DNA from: Candidatus Versatilivorator sp.
GTDB lineage: Bacteria > Acidobacteriota > Terriglobia > Versatilivoradales > Versatilivoraceae
Assembly: GCA_965207735.1 (NCBI GenBank)
Contig: OZ242296.1
Coordinates: 5,152,001-5,216,000, forward strand
Direction of reading: 5' to 3'
Length of the DNA: 64,000 nucleotides
How positions within the stretch are numbered: position 1 is the first letter of the stretch; each line of letters begins with the position of its first letter. Below, in pieces: positions 1 to 10,100 of this stretch. Position numbers and translations under genes: made by a program. The notes beneath the pieces were generated by a model, which did not search any database, had not been told where the DNA came from, and saw nothing but the letters and a program-made list of their open reading frames with translations.

Positions 1-614
1 CCCCCCCTTCGGAAAGGTGTCGGCCCATCTGACGACACCGCCTTGACCCCCAGAGACGGAAATCGTCGATCATGTCGCGGCCGTTGGAGGCCGGGTCTTC
101 CTGCTCCCATTGGTCGATCTTCTCCATGACGACACCGAGGCCGCCATGGCGTTCGACGGTGTCCTGACCCCTGAATCCGCGAGCTTTGCGGGGGGCTGGC
201 TGGACTTTCTCACTCCCTGGCATAGCAGGACACCCCGGAACGCCTCCTGGACCGATTTCCGTCTCAGGGACCGCAGGGACCGCCGCCTGTGGGGAAACCG
301 GAATGGCCGGCTCGCTCAGCGGTCCCGGGGTCGCCATGCGGAGAGAGCGACCTCCGCGCGGGGGCAAAGGGTGTCCGGACCCCTGGCCACCTTTGCCCTC
401 CTCCGTGGCGCGCCAGTGCCGAAAAAGGGGGGGCTCTCACCACCAGCACCCGTCTCGTGTGGCGCGCCGACGCGCCCGGCGAGGCGGGGACAGCGAGGCC
501 GGCGCCGCACCGCGTAGTGCCGGGGAGCCAGCCTACCCAATGTAGTACATTGGGGCTGGCGAGGGGCTCCGCCCCTTCGAACCCCCGACCGGGGGGAACT
601 CCCCCTTGCCCCCA

Positions 615-1199
615 TCATCCCCGCCGCTCCCTTCTCCCTCTGCCGGGAACTTGGAGCCTGGCTCTCACCCTGGCTTGCCCCGGGCAACCGATCCCCTGGG
701 CCAGGTAACGCGCCCAGTCGTCCATCAGGACACGCCGGCGCTCGAACAGGTCCGAGCGGGCATAGGCCGCCTCGATCCGGTTCCGGACCACATGCGCCAG
801 GGCCGCCTCGACCACCTCCCGGGGATGATCCGTCTCTTCGACCGCCCAGTCCCGGAAGCTGGATCTGAACCCGTGCGGCACGGCCGCAATCCCCTGCTCG
901 CGGACCAGCCACCGCAGCTCCTTGTCATTGAGCGGCTTCCCTTGCCCACGGGTGAACACCAGAGGACCGGCTTCTTTGCCCAGTTTCCGTGCCGCTTCGA
1001 GAATCTCCAACGCTCGGCCGCGGACGACCAGGCGTTGAATCCAACTGCGGGTTCCGCTGGGCTGGACGAAGAGGTACAATCCGTTTCCATCGGCGTATCT
1101 TCCGGGCGGAGCGGAGCGCTGGAAGGCAGCCGAGAGGACGTTGCTGGGGTGACGGCCGGTGAGTTTGGTCTTAGGTCGGGCAGGAGCGAAGTCCGTTAC
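615..1199 (-). pseudogene. P4-family tyrosine integrase remnant with a large in-frame internal deletion
   Basis: The frame extends upstream of the called TTG: ...RHPSNVLSAAFQRSAPPGRYADGNGLYLFVQPSGTRSWIQR (arm-binding domain). It is joined almost directly to the C-terminal HGFRSSFRDWA...EAALAH...AAYARSDLFERRRVLMDDWA. No in-frame ATG before the upstream stop at 1218-1220. Confidence 0.85.
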
Positions 1200-1776
1200 A
1201 GTATTTATCCCCCCATATTATGGGGGATGGCAATGGATTTCAGGGGACGTTGGTAGCAAGTCAACCCACAGCATAACTGGTCTAAGACACTCATAACTAA
1301 GACAGTTATAGACTCTACTGGACGCCCCTAGACATCACTGGATTTTATAGGGACGTTGCGGCGGCGGCAGCAAACGCCGGTGTGCCCACGTGAAGCACAA
1401 GCCGACGCAATGATGAGCCTTTTGCAAATAAATATCGCAATCGGGAATGACCTTGAGGCGGCAAGGATGATGTGCTGCAGGCTCCAGCATTCACCACGAT
1501 AAGCATAAGAGACAACAGAAACCACAAAAAGCACAAAAGGCACAAAACGAGTTTCTTGATTTCGAGACTTGCCCATCCGATCATCAAGCGGATCTGCTTC
1601 CTGTGGCGCAGCCTCTCGTCCTGTTAATCCAGTCCATCCTGTGCATCCATGTTCAATCCCGCGGACATGAAGCTCCGGCGTCGGTCGCCATCCCCCCCCC
1701 CGACTCATGTTCATTGCAGAAAGGAGCACTTGTCATAGAATGGTGTCCCCTTCTTGAAACACTCAAAGGAGCCGTC

Positions 1777-3987
1777 ATGAGGAAACCGTCGGGGATTCGT
1801 CTGCTGTGCCTTGGAACGTTGCTGGCGGCGCTGCCGGCTTGTTCGATCATGGAGAGCCGGCCGCGGGTGGCCATTGTGGTGGGCGGCGAGGCAAGCGAGC
1901 TGGAGAGACTGGCTGCCTCGGAACTGGCCACCATGCTGGAGAGGCTGTTCGAGGTGTCGGCTGCCGTGGGCCAGGCGGCCGGCGAAGAGGCCGGGGCGTT
2001 GATTCTGGTCGGTCGCCCCCAAAGCAATCCGATGTTGGCCAAGGCCACCGGCAATAGTTGGCCCGATTTGAGTGACCAGGGGCTGCTTCTCAGGAGTGTG
2101 AGCGGCTCGATTCCGACCTTGCTGGTGGGTGGTGGCAGCCCGGTAGCGGTGCTGTGGGCCGCCTACGACCTGGGCGAACGGCTGGGAGTGAGGTATCTGC
2201 TGGACCGGGACGTCTATCCCGACCGGCGCCGCTGGTCGGGCTTGCCCGATCTGGATCTGGTTCTGGAGCCCAACCTGCGGGTCCGCTGCTGGCGGCTGGT
2301 GAACGATTTGCCTCACGGGCCGGTTTCCTGGAGCCTGGAGGAGAACCGGCGCTTTTTGCGGCAGATCGCCAAGATGAAGTACAACCGCATCCACTGTTCG
2401 CTCTGGCCGGCCCAGCCCTTTGTGCACTACAGCTTCCGCGGGATGGAAAAGCCTCCCGGCGTCCTCTACTTCGGCCACCGCCATCCCATCGGCCCGGAGA
2501 CCATCGGCCGGGAGCGGTTCGGCCCCATGGAGGTCTTCACCAATCCCGAGTTGGTGGGCGCCCAATCCGGAGAAGAAATGCGGCGGCGGGCCATCGGCCT
2601 GGTTCGCGGCATCCTGCAGGAAGCGGGCAGGCTGGGGATGGAGACCGGGCTGTCCATTCAACCCTTCCAGTGGCCCAAGGAATTCATGAAGGTCCTGCCG
2701 GGCTCGGAAATGGAACGGCAGCTGGGAGACCTGACGGCAGGTCCCGGACGCGGCCAGTCCATGCAGGACCGGGGGCTGCGGGAGATGGTCGCCACCATCT
2801 TTCGCGCCTATGTCGAAACCTATCCCGACATCGACTACATCCACGTGGGCATGCCGGAGCACCGGAGCTGGGTCGGACAGGCGGCCAGGGCCTACCGGCG
2901 TTTGACGGCCCGCTACCCGGGGCCTGACCTGGACAGCTATGATCGCCTGAGGAAGCTGGCGCGCGGCCGGACCTCGTTCCCCGGAGGCGGCGAGCGGGTG
3001 GAGACCATGCTGCGGGGAGACCTGTCCAGCCTCTGGTTCTTCGATTCGCTGCTGCGGGAGAAGCAGCTTCTGAAACGGCCCGGAGGGGGAGACGACATCC
3101 GTATTGTCTACAACGGCGTGGTGGCGGAGCTCTTCCCGCTGGTGGCGCGCATGCTGCCGCCGGGCGGCGAGATGCTGAACTTCATCGACTACACGGCCAG
3201 CCGGCAGCTTCGCCAACCGGAGCTGCTGAGGCAGGTCCCGCCCGGTGGGGTTCCGTCAACGCTCATCTATACCCTGGCCGACGACAACGTGGGAGTGTTG
3301 CCGCAGCTGGCGACCGGCTCTCTGCACCAGTTGACGCAACTGCTCCGCCAGAACGGCTGGGCGGGTTTCTACACCCGCTACTGGACCGTCGGCGATCTCG
3401 ACCCGACCGTGCACTATCTGAGTCGGGCCAGTTGGGATGCCGCCATGACGCCGAAGAAGGCCTATGCCGACCAGGTCCGGCACGTGTGTGGGCCGGAGGC
3501 GGTGGAGCCGGCGCTCAAGGCCTTCGCCCTCATCGAGAAAATCACCCTGGGTCTGGATCAGCATGGCCTGGGGTTCGGGTTTCCCGTGCCGGGGATGATG
3601 ACCAAGCACTATGAGAGTGGAGGTTTGTCGGAGGCCCTCAGACAGGACCGCACGCTCTACGCCGAGGCACTCCGGCAGATGGAAGAGGCTCACCGGCGCA
3701 GCCGGCCTCAGGGACAGGAGTACACCCGATACTTGGTGGAGCGGCTCCGTTTTGCGGTCCTTTACCTGGAGGCCGCCGATGCCTTCGGGGCCACCGGCCT
3801 GGCGCTGCGGGAGAAGCGGAAAGAAGAGGCGGGACGGCAGATCGAGCAGGCTTACCGGGCCATCCGGGAGGCCCTCCAGGCTTACGCCGGCGTGGCCAAG
3901 GATCATGGAGACCTGGGCGCGGTGGCGCTGATGAACGAATACTGCTTCCGGCCCATTCGCGAGAAACGCCGGGAACTTCAATATTGA
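1777..3987 (+). CDS. Secreted lipoprotein, putative glycoside hydrolase (GH67/GH20-like N-terminal domain plus TIM barrel)
   Basis: AAGGAG RBS before ATG 1777; lipobox LPAC; ELERLAASEL...ILVG...LLVGG..VLWAAYDL pattern of hexosaminidase/glucuronidase N-terminal domains. Confidence 0.6.
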   Translation: MRKPSGIRLLCLGTLLAALPACSIMESRPRVAIVVGGEASELERLAASELATMLERLFEVSAAVGQAAGEEAGALILVGRPQSNPMLAKATGNSWPDLSDQGLLLRSVSGSIPTLLVGGGSPVAVLWAAYDLGERLGVRYLLDRDVYPDRRRWSGLPDLDLVLEPNLRVRCWRLVNDLPHGPVSWSLEENRRFLRQIAKMKYNRIHCSLWPAQPFVHYSFRGMEKPPGVLYFGHRHPIGPETIGRERFGPMEVFTNPELVGAQSGEEMRRRAIGLVRGILQEAGRLGMETGLSIQPFQWPKEFMKVLPGSEMERQLGDLTAGPGRGQSMQDRGLREMVATIFRAYVETYPDIDYIHVGMPEHRSWVGQAARAYRRLTARYPGPDLDSYDRLRKLARGRTSFPGGGERVETMLRGDLSSLWFFDSLLREKQLLKRPGGGDDIRIVYNGVVAELFPLVARMLPPGGEMLNFIDYTASRQLRQPELLRQVPPGGVPSTLIYTLADDNVGVLPQLATGSLHQLTQLLRQNGWAGFYTRYWTVGDLDPTVHYLSRASWDAAMTPKKAYADQVRHVCGPEAVEPALKAFALIEKITLGLDQHGLGFGFPVPGMMTKHYESGGLSEALRQDRTLYAEALRQMEEAHRRSRPQGQEYTRYLVERLRFAVLYLEAADAFGATGLALREKRKEEAGRQIEQAYRAIREALQAYAGVAKDHGDLGAVALMNEYCFRPIREKRRELQY

Positions 3988-4003
3988 GCAAGGGAGGTGG
4001 ACA

Positions 4004-4795
4004 ATGGACTATGGATTGAAGGGCAAGGTCGCCCTGGTCTGCGGCGCCAGCCAGGGATTGGGACAAGCCTGTGCGCTGGGGCTGGCCAGGGAGCAGGCCA
4101 GCCTGGTCATCTGCGCCCGCAACAAGGAGCCGCTCTTGGTCACGGCTCGAACGATTGCCGATGAAACCGGCGCCCGCGTGCTGCCGGCGGTGTGCGATCT
4201 GACCAGCGGGGAAGATGTGGAACGCCTGGTGGACCAGGCCCTGGAACGGTTCGGAACCATCGACATCCTGGTCACCAACGTGGGCCACCCCCCCATGGGT
4301 GACTTCTTCTCGCACGACGAGGCCTCCTGGCGGGACGGGTTCGAGGGGGTGCTGCTACCGGTGGTGCGGCTGTGCCGGCGGGTGATTCCGCACATGGTTC
4401 AGCGCAAGTGGGGCCGGATTGTCCACATCACCAGCGTGGCCGTGAAGGATCCCCATCCTCCCTACTACCTCTCCTCGGTCTACCGGGCAGGGGTGGCGGC
4501 GTTGAGCAAGCTGTTGTCCCAGGAATTCGGCCGGGATGGCCTGCGGGTCAATACCGTGTGTCCGGGAGTCTTCAAGACCCCCCTGGTGGGTGACCTGTTG
4601 GCCCGGGAGGCTGAAAAGCAGGGAGAAACCGTCGCCCGCATCGAATCCCAATGGGCGGAACAAACGGCCGTGGGTCGATTGGGTGAAGCTTCCGAGCTGG
4701 CCTCGCTGGTGGTGTTCCTGTGCAGCCAGGCGGCCGACGACATCACCGGCCAGGTGCTGGTAGCCGACGGCGGCGCCACCGGGGGCCTGTATTAG
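4004..4795 (+). CDS. SDR family oxidoreductase
   Basis: GASQGLG Rossmann motif, DILVTN, YLSSVYR variant of YxxxK, VNTVCPG, ITGQVLVADGG; GGAGG RBS. Confidence 0.92.
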   Translation: MDYGLKGKVALVCGASQGLGQACALGLAREQASLVICARNKEPLLVTARTIADETGARVLPAVCDLTSGEDVERLVDQALERFGTIDILVTNVGHPPMGDFFSHDEASWRDGFEGVLLPVVRLCRRVIPHMVQRKWGRIVHITSVAVKDPHPPYYLSSVYRAGVAALSKLLSQEFGRDGLRVNTVCPGVFKTPLVGDLLAREAEKQGETVARIESQWAEQTAVGRLGEASELASLVVFLCSQAADDITGQVLVADGGATGGLY

Positions 4796-4849
4796 GCAGT
4801 GGAAAAAGACAGTGGTTGGGGGGCCCGTCACGGTCTGCCTGGCCGGCGT

Positions 4850-5012
4850 CCGCCCCCCACCGCATCAGCCTTCGCCATTCGGCTCGGCTTCTGCGACTCC
4901 CCCTCAAGGGGGGAGTAATAGGAGCGTCGTATGCTGGCCTCGAGTATCACTCCCCCCTTGAGGGGGAGTCGGAGAGACAAGGGCGAAGCCCGCAGTCGAT
5001 CCGGAGGGGGGC
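4850..5012. repeat. REP-like inverted pair between convergent genes
   Basis: CGACTCCCCCTCAAGGGGGGAGTAATA (4894-4920) and its reverse complement (4945-4971), 26/27 match; each arm is itself a hairpin; looser outer arms. Confidence 0.85.
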
Positions 5013-5060
5013 CAACGCGGCGCTCCGTACGTGCGGGTCTATCGACTAATCACTGACCAC

Positions 5061-6617
5061 TCAGTACCTCACCTCCAGCTCCAGTCCCGTCACTCTGGAG
5101 GACAACCGCCCCGTCGAGTCGGGTCCCGGCAGGACCACAATGGAGTTGAGACCCCGTTTGAGCGGTTCCTCCTGCAGCCGGGCTGCAAAGGAGGTCTCGC
5201 CGGTGCGCTCCAGGCTGGCGGAGGGAATCCGGGCGCCATTGATCTCGACGGCGATGCCTTCTCCGGAGGGCACATCCTCAACGCTGATGTTCAGGAGCAG
5301 GCGTCTGGCCGACCCGCCCGCTTCCCCGACATCATCGCCCACCACCATCTCGATCGGTCTGGCTTGCACCAGCCTCACCGGAAACTGCCCCGGTGGGTTG
5401 GTGAAGCCGGCATAGAAGATGGAAGCTCCGTTGTCGGCCGGGAACCGTTTCTCCAATCCCTGGAGCGTTGCCGGATCGCCCATCTGGCTCAATACCTTGC
5501 GGCGTTCGGCGCTGTCACTCACTTGAGGAACCATGCGCCCCCCTTCCATGCCTGAACCGACTCCGAAGTAGTTGAACAGGTAGACTCCGTCGGCTCCCAG
5601 GGTCCAGAAGTTGGAGGCCAGGCTGCGCATGGCCACCGGTTCCCGGAAGTGGTTGATGCAGGGATAGGCCGGAATCCCGTAGCGATGGGCCAGGTCGATG
5701 AATGTCTGCAACCGGCCGGCATAGGGCATGTAGCCGCCTCCCACGATCAGCAAGTCCAGCAGTCCTTCCTCCATCCACTGCTCCACGTCCAGGCCGGTCC
5801 TGAGCGCCATTGCCGGTGTGTCGGGGACGCGCACGGCCAGCAGATAGGGCCTGCCTCGTTCCTGGCCGATCTCGCGCAGGATGCCGTGGACCCTTCGCAC
5901 GAAGGCGGTCATGGTCTCCAGATTCTGCTGCGCTTCGCCCAACTTGAAGAACAGGGGGTGGCGAAAGTAATCCAGCTCAAGCCCGTCATAGTCGTATTGG
6001 CGGCAATAGGTGCGAATGAAATCCAGGAAGTGGCGGCGGACCTCTTCCTTGGCATAGTCGAATCCCGACCAGAAGGCGCGCATGATGGCGTCGGGGGCGT
6101 GATCCCTTGTGTTGCCCAACAGCAGATCGGGCCGAGCCATTTTCAAGGGATAAGTGAGCCGGGGCGCCCAGGCGTCGTGAATGTCATTCATCCGGATGGA
6201 GGCGAAGATCTCCATGCCGGCTTCCTTGGCGGCTACCAGGTAGGCTCGGGTCATCCGGTCTATTTCCGGCGGCGCCTTCATGGCCGGATACCACCGGTTC
6301 TGGGTGTCCTGAAGCCGGGGTTTCTTTCCGGTGGCGGGTCCGCGGTCGGTGCTGCCCACGCAGATGAAGTAGGCGTCGACCTGGGAATCCACCGCATCCT
6401 GAAAGCGCTGGGCCAGGTAGGCTTCCAGGGGCCGGCCCTTTGCGATGGGCTCCGCTTCTCCGTCGTCGTTGACGATGATGCGGCGCTGGCGGTCCGGCGA
6501 ACCGGTGTTGGGATCCGTGGGTGTTCCCGGGTCCGGTTGCTGCGCTCCCCCGCAGCCCGCCAGGCAGGCCAGGGCCGCCGGCAGCAGCCAGCGACAGATA
6601 TTCTTTGGGCTGTTCAT
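5061..6617 (-). CDS. Lipoprotein, GHL10/DUF187-like TIM-barrel hydrolase
   Basis: Lipobox LAGC; IIVNDDG, SIRMNDIHD, DGLELDYFRH, GADGVYLFN motifs; C-terminal beta domain. Confidence 0.7.
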   Translation of the reverse strand: MNSPKNICRWLLPAALACLAGCGGAQQPDPGTPTDPNTGSPDRQRRIIVNDDGEAEPIAKGRPLEAYLAQRFQDAVDSQVDAYFICVGSTDRGPATGKKPRLQDTQNRWYPAMKAPPEIDRMTRAYLVAAKEAGMEIFASIRMNDIHDAWAPRLTYPLKMARPDLLLGNTRDHAPDAIMRAFWSGFDYAKEEVRRHFLDFIRTYCRQYDYDGLELDYFRHPLFFKLGEAQQNLETMTAFVRRVHGILREIGQERGRPYLLAVRVPDTPAMALRTGLDVEQWMEEGLLDLLIVGGGYMPYAGRLQTFIDLAHRYGIPAYPCINHFREPVAMRSLASNFWTLGADGVYLFNYFGVGSGMEGGRMVPQVSDSAERRKVLSQMGDPATLQGLEKRFPADNGASIFYAGFTNPPGQFPVRLVQARPIEMVVGDDVGEAGGSARRLLLNISVEDVPSGEGIAVEINGARIPSASLERTGETSFAARLQEEPLKRGLNSIVVLPGPDSTGRLSSRVTGLELEVRY

Positions 6618-6880
6618 GGGCTTATCCCCCTCCTCTGCCTAAATCCGTAACCGAATGATTGAGAATTGTATAAGATAGGGGTGTTAAACAATGCAGCTGT
6701 TTTCGAGAGAAGGGGGACCGCCCGGGTCTGTAGGCGCAAGCGTTCGGGGGGCAGTGAGGACGTGCTGCCGCTTCCGCCCTTTTGAACGGGGCCAGGGACC
6801 AGGCAGCTTCCCAACCCTGCGCGTGCAGGCCGGATCCGTCGGCTCGAGGCAGCGGCCCACGGGAATCCTCGGAGGAAACC

Positions 6881-8467
6881 ATGAGCGTTACACGTCGCAA
6901 ATTCATGCAGGCCCTCACCGTTGCCGGGGGAGCGGGAGTGGCCGGCTCCTCTTCCGGCCTCCTGGCGGAGCCGCGTTCTGACAAGCACACTGGGCGCAAG
7001 AAAAGGACCCTCTATTTCAATGACGCCCGGCATTACTACCTCTACGTGTTCGAGCCTCCCATGACCATGGAGGACGCTTGGGTGCCCATTGACGAGGTGG
7101 CCGGAACGGCCGTGGACACCTTTGTCTACGGGGTGGAGAGAGGGGACGGCCTTTTCTATCCCTCCCGGGCAGGCCAGCGTTTCGGGGCCGACATGCGTCC
7201 CTTCGAGCTCACCGCCTACTGGCGCACCTGGGAGAACATGCAGAGCCTGATCGACCGGGGTCTGGATCCGCTGACCGTGCTGATCGACCGCGCCCATCAG
7301 AAAGGGATGGATTTCTTCGCCAGTGTGCGCATGGCCTCCTACGGGGGGCTGGAAAGCAAGTACAAGGTGCCCGAGGGCGGCCGGGGTCTGGCCCATGAGT
7401 TCGTGCGGGACCATCAGTACGCGGTGCTGAAGGAACTGGCCACCGAATACGCCACCGAGGGAGTGGAGCTGGACTTCGCAGCGGCGCCGGGGGGAATGCC
7501 TCTTTATGTGAGGCCGGAGGATTTGTCGGCCACGACCCCGGTGCTGACCGAGTGGGTAGCCAAGATCTCCGATGCCGTCCGCAATCGGCCCGGCAAGCCG
7601 GGCCTGGTTGGGGCGCGGGTCTATCCGACCGAAGAGATGTGCCTCAAGCAGGGCCTCGACGTACGGACCTGGATTCAGGAGGGACTGGTGGACTACCTGG
7701 CCCCCATCCTCTATATCGATTTCACCCTGGATGTGGACATGCCCATCGATTGGGTCATCGAAGCGGCCCACGCCAAGGATATCCCCGTCTACGGCACCCT
7801 TCAGCCCTATATCAGAGACGAAGCCACCGGGTCGGCGGCGGCGGCTCCCAAGAGGATCTACCCCACTCCCGAAAACGTGCGGGCGGCGGCCGCCAATTAT
7901 TTGAGACGCGGCGCCGACGGCCTCTATGCCTGGTTCATGCAGTGGCCTTTGGGTGACACGGAGCGGCGCATCCTGACCGAGCTGGGAGACCCGGAGCTGA
8001 TTCGGGAAGCCGACAAGCACTACGTGCTTCACGCGCGCTCCGAGCGGGGCGTTGAAATGGGCTACCAGTCCAGTCTGCCGCTGAAGATTCCCGGACCCGA
8101 ACCCGGCAAGCGCTACCCCATTCCCTTCTCGATTTCAGACGATATCGAGGGCAAGGCGGACAGGATCCGCCAGGTCATTCTGAAACTGCATATCGACAAT
8201 CTGCTGACCTCCGACCGGCTGACGGTTCTGCTGAACGGCCAGTCGCTGGCAGACGAGATCTGCCTGCGCGACTACGCCGACAATATCGTTCCCTACCAGG
8301 GGCAGTGGCTGGAGTTTCACCTGCGGAAGGTGCGTCCCCGCAAGGGTGAGAACCTGCTGGAAATATCCCTGGATGAGCGCCCGCCTCACATGGGAGTGGG
8401 TATCTCGGTGAAGTGGGTGGAAGTCCGGGTCGACTACGGTTTCTACCCGACCACGCCGAAAGCCTAA
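6881..8467 (+). CDS. Tat-exported GHL10-like protein (tandem copy 1)
   Basis: GGAGG RBS before ATG 6881; TRRKFM twin-arginine signal; YFNDA, SVRM, EGVELDF, GADGLY motifs. Confidence 0.7.
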   Translation: MSVTRRKFMQALTVAGGAGVAGSSSGLLAEPRSDKHTGRKKRTLYFNDARHYYLYVFEPPMTMEDAWVPIDEVAGTAVDTFVYGVERGDGLFYPSRAGQRFGADMRPFELTAYWRTWENMQSLIDRGLDPLTVLIDRAHQKGMDFFASVRMASYGGLESKYKVPEGGRGLAHEFVRDHQYAVLKELATEYATEGVELDFAAAPGGMPLYVRPEDLSATTPVLTEWVAKISDAVRNRPGKPGLVGARVYPTEEMCLKQGLDVRTWIQEGLVDYLAPILYIDFTLDVDMPIDWVIEAAHAKDIPVYGTLQPYIRDEATGSAAAAPKRIYPTPENVRAAAANYLRRGADGLYAWFMQWPLGDTERRILTELGDPELIREADKHYVLHARSERGVEMGYQSSLPLKIPGPEPGKRYPIPFSISDDIEGKADRIRQVILKLHIDNLLTSDRLTVLLNGQSLADEICLRDYADNIVPYQGQWLEFHLRKVRPRKGENLLEISLDERPPHMGVGISVKWVEVRVDYGFYPTTPKA

Positions 8468-8504
8468 CACGTTGGCATCTGGCTAGCCCCTCCCGGAGAT
8501 CATC

Positions 8505-10091
8505 ATGAGTGTGACCCGTCGTAATTTCATGCAGGCCCTCACCGTTGCCGCCGGAGCGGGAGCAACCGGCTCCTCCGCCGGCCTCCTGGCGGAGCCGCGT
8601 CCTGAAAAGCACACTGGGCGCAGGAAACGGACCCTCTATTTCAATGACGCCCGGCACTACTACCTCTACGTGTTCGAGCCCCCCATGACCATGGAAGACG
8701 CCTGGGTGCCCATTGACGAGGTGGCCGGAACGGCCGTGGACACCTTTGTCTACGGGGTGGAGCGGGGGGACGGTCTCTTCTATCCCTCCCGGGTGGGCCA
8801 GCGTTTCGGCGCCGACATGCGTCCCTTCCCGATCACCGCCTACTGGCGCACCTGGGAGAACATGCAGAGTCTGATCGACCGGGGCCTGGACCCGCTGACC
8901 GTGCTGATCGACCGCGCCCATGAGAAAGGGATGGATTTCTTCGCCAGTGTGCGCATGGCCTCCTACGGGGGGCTGGAAGGCAAGTACAAGGTACCCGAGG
9001 GCGGACGGGGCCTGGCCCACGAGTTCGTGCGGGACCATCAGTATGCGGTGCTGAAAGAGTTGGCCACCGAATACGCCACCGAGGGAGTGGAGCTGGACTT
9101 CGCGGCGGCGCCGGGCGGGATGCCGCTGTTCCTGAGACCGGAAGATGTTCCCGCCATGACCCCGGTGCTGACCGAATGGGTGGCCAAGATCTCCGAAGCG
9201 GTCCGCAATCGGCCCGGCAAGCCGGGCCAAGTCGGAGTCCGGATCTATCCCACCGAGGAGATGTGTCTCAAACAGGGCCTGGACGTGCGGGCCTGGATCC
9301 GGGAAGGTCTGGTCGACTACCTGGCGCCCATGCTCTATATCGATTTCACCTTGGACGTGGACATGCCGGTCGACTGGGTGGTGGAAGCGGCCCACGCCAA
9401 GGATGTTGCCGTCTACGGCGTCTTGGCGCCCTACCTCGGAGACGAAGCCAGCGGAACCGACCCGGCGGCGCTCAAGATCCTCTTTCCCACGCCTGAAAAT
9501 TTTCGCGCCGCCGCCGCCAATTACTGGAGGCGCGGCGTCGACGGGCTGTACGCCTGGTTTTTCCGATGGCCGCTGCAGGACGGGGAGCGGCGGGTGCTGA
9601 CCGAGTTGGGGGACCCGGAGCTGCTCCGGGAAGCCGACAAGCACTACGTGCTACACCGCCGCTCCAAGGGGGCGGTTGAAATGGGCTACCAGGCCGGTTT
9701 GCCCCTGAGGATGCCTGCCGGCGATGCCGGCAAGCGCTATTCCATTCCCTTTTCCATATCAGACGATATCGAAGGCGGGGCGGAACGGATCCGGCAGGTT
9801 GTTCTCAAGCTCTACGTCGACAACCTGGTGACGGGCGATCGCCTTACCCTGCTGTTGAACGGTCAATCCCTGGCGCAGGAGATCTGCCGGCGCGACCATG
9901 CCAATCGCATCGATCCCTGGCTGGGGCAGTGGCTGGAGTTTCATTTGCGGAAAGTGAGGCCGCGTCAGGGGGAGAACCTGCTGGAAATTTCCCTGGATGG
10001 GCGGCCGGCGGGAATGGAAGGGAGGATTTCGGTAGAGTCCGTCGAAGTCCGGGTCGAATACGGATCCTATCCGACCAGCCCGAGAGTATAG
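8505..10091 (+). CDS. Tat-exported GHL10-like protein (tandem copy 2)
   Basis: TRRNFM signal; N-terminal half near-identical to 6881-8467. Confidence 0.7.
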   Translation: MSVTRRNFMQALTVAAGAGATGSSAGLLAEPRPEKHTGRRKRTLYFNDARHYYLYVFEPPMTMEDAWVPIDEVAGTAVDTFVYGVERGDGLFYPSRVGQRFGADMRPFPITAYWRTWENMQSLIDRGLDPLTVLIDRAHEKGMDFFASVRMASYGGLEGKYKVPEGGRGLAHEFVRDHQYAVLKELATEYATEGVELDFAAAPGGMPLFLRPEDVPAMTPVLTEWVAKISEAVRNRPGKPGQVGVRIYPTEEMCLKQGLDVRAWIREGLVDYLAPMLYIDFTLDVDMPVDWVVEAAHAKDVAVYGVLAPYLGDEASGTDPAALKILFPTPENFRAAAANYWRRGVDGLYAWFFRWPLQDGERRVLTELGDPELLREADKHYVLHRRSKGAVEMGYQAGLPLRMPAGDAGKRYSIPFSISDDIEGGAERIRQVVLKLYVDNLVTGDRLTLLLNGQSLAQEICRRDHANRIDPWLGQWLEFHLRKVRPRQGENLLEISLDGRPAGMEGRISVESVEVRVEYGSYPTSPRV

Positions 10092-10100
10092 ATCCCAACC

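Noticed and set aside
1230-1400. tRNA/tmRNA attachment site next to the integrase
   Set aside because: No recognisable tRNA 3' end or repeat of either tRNA in this window.
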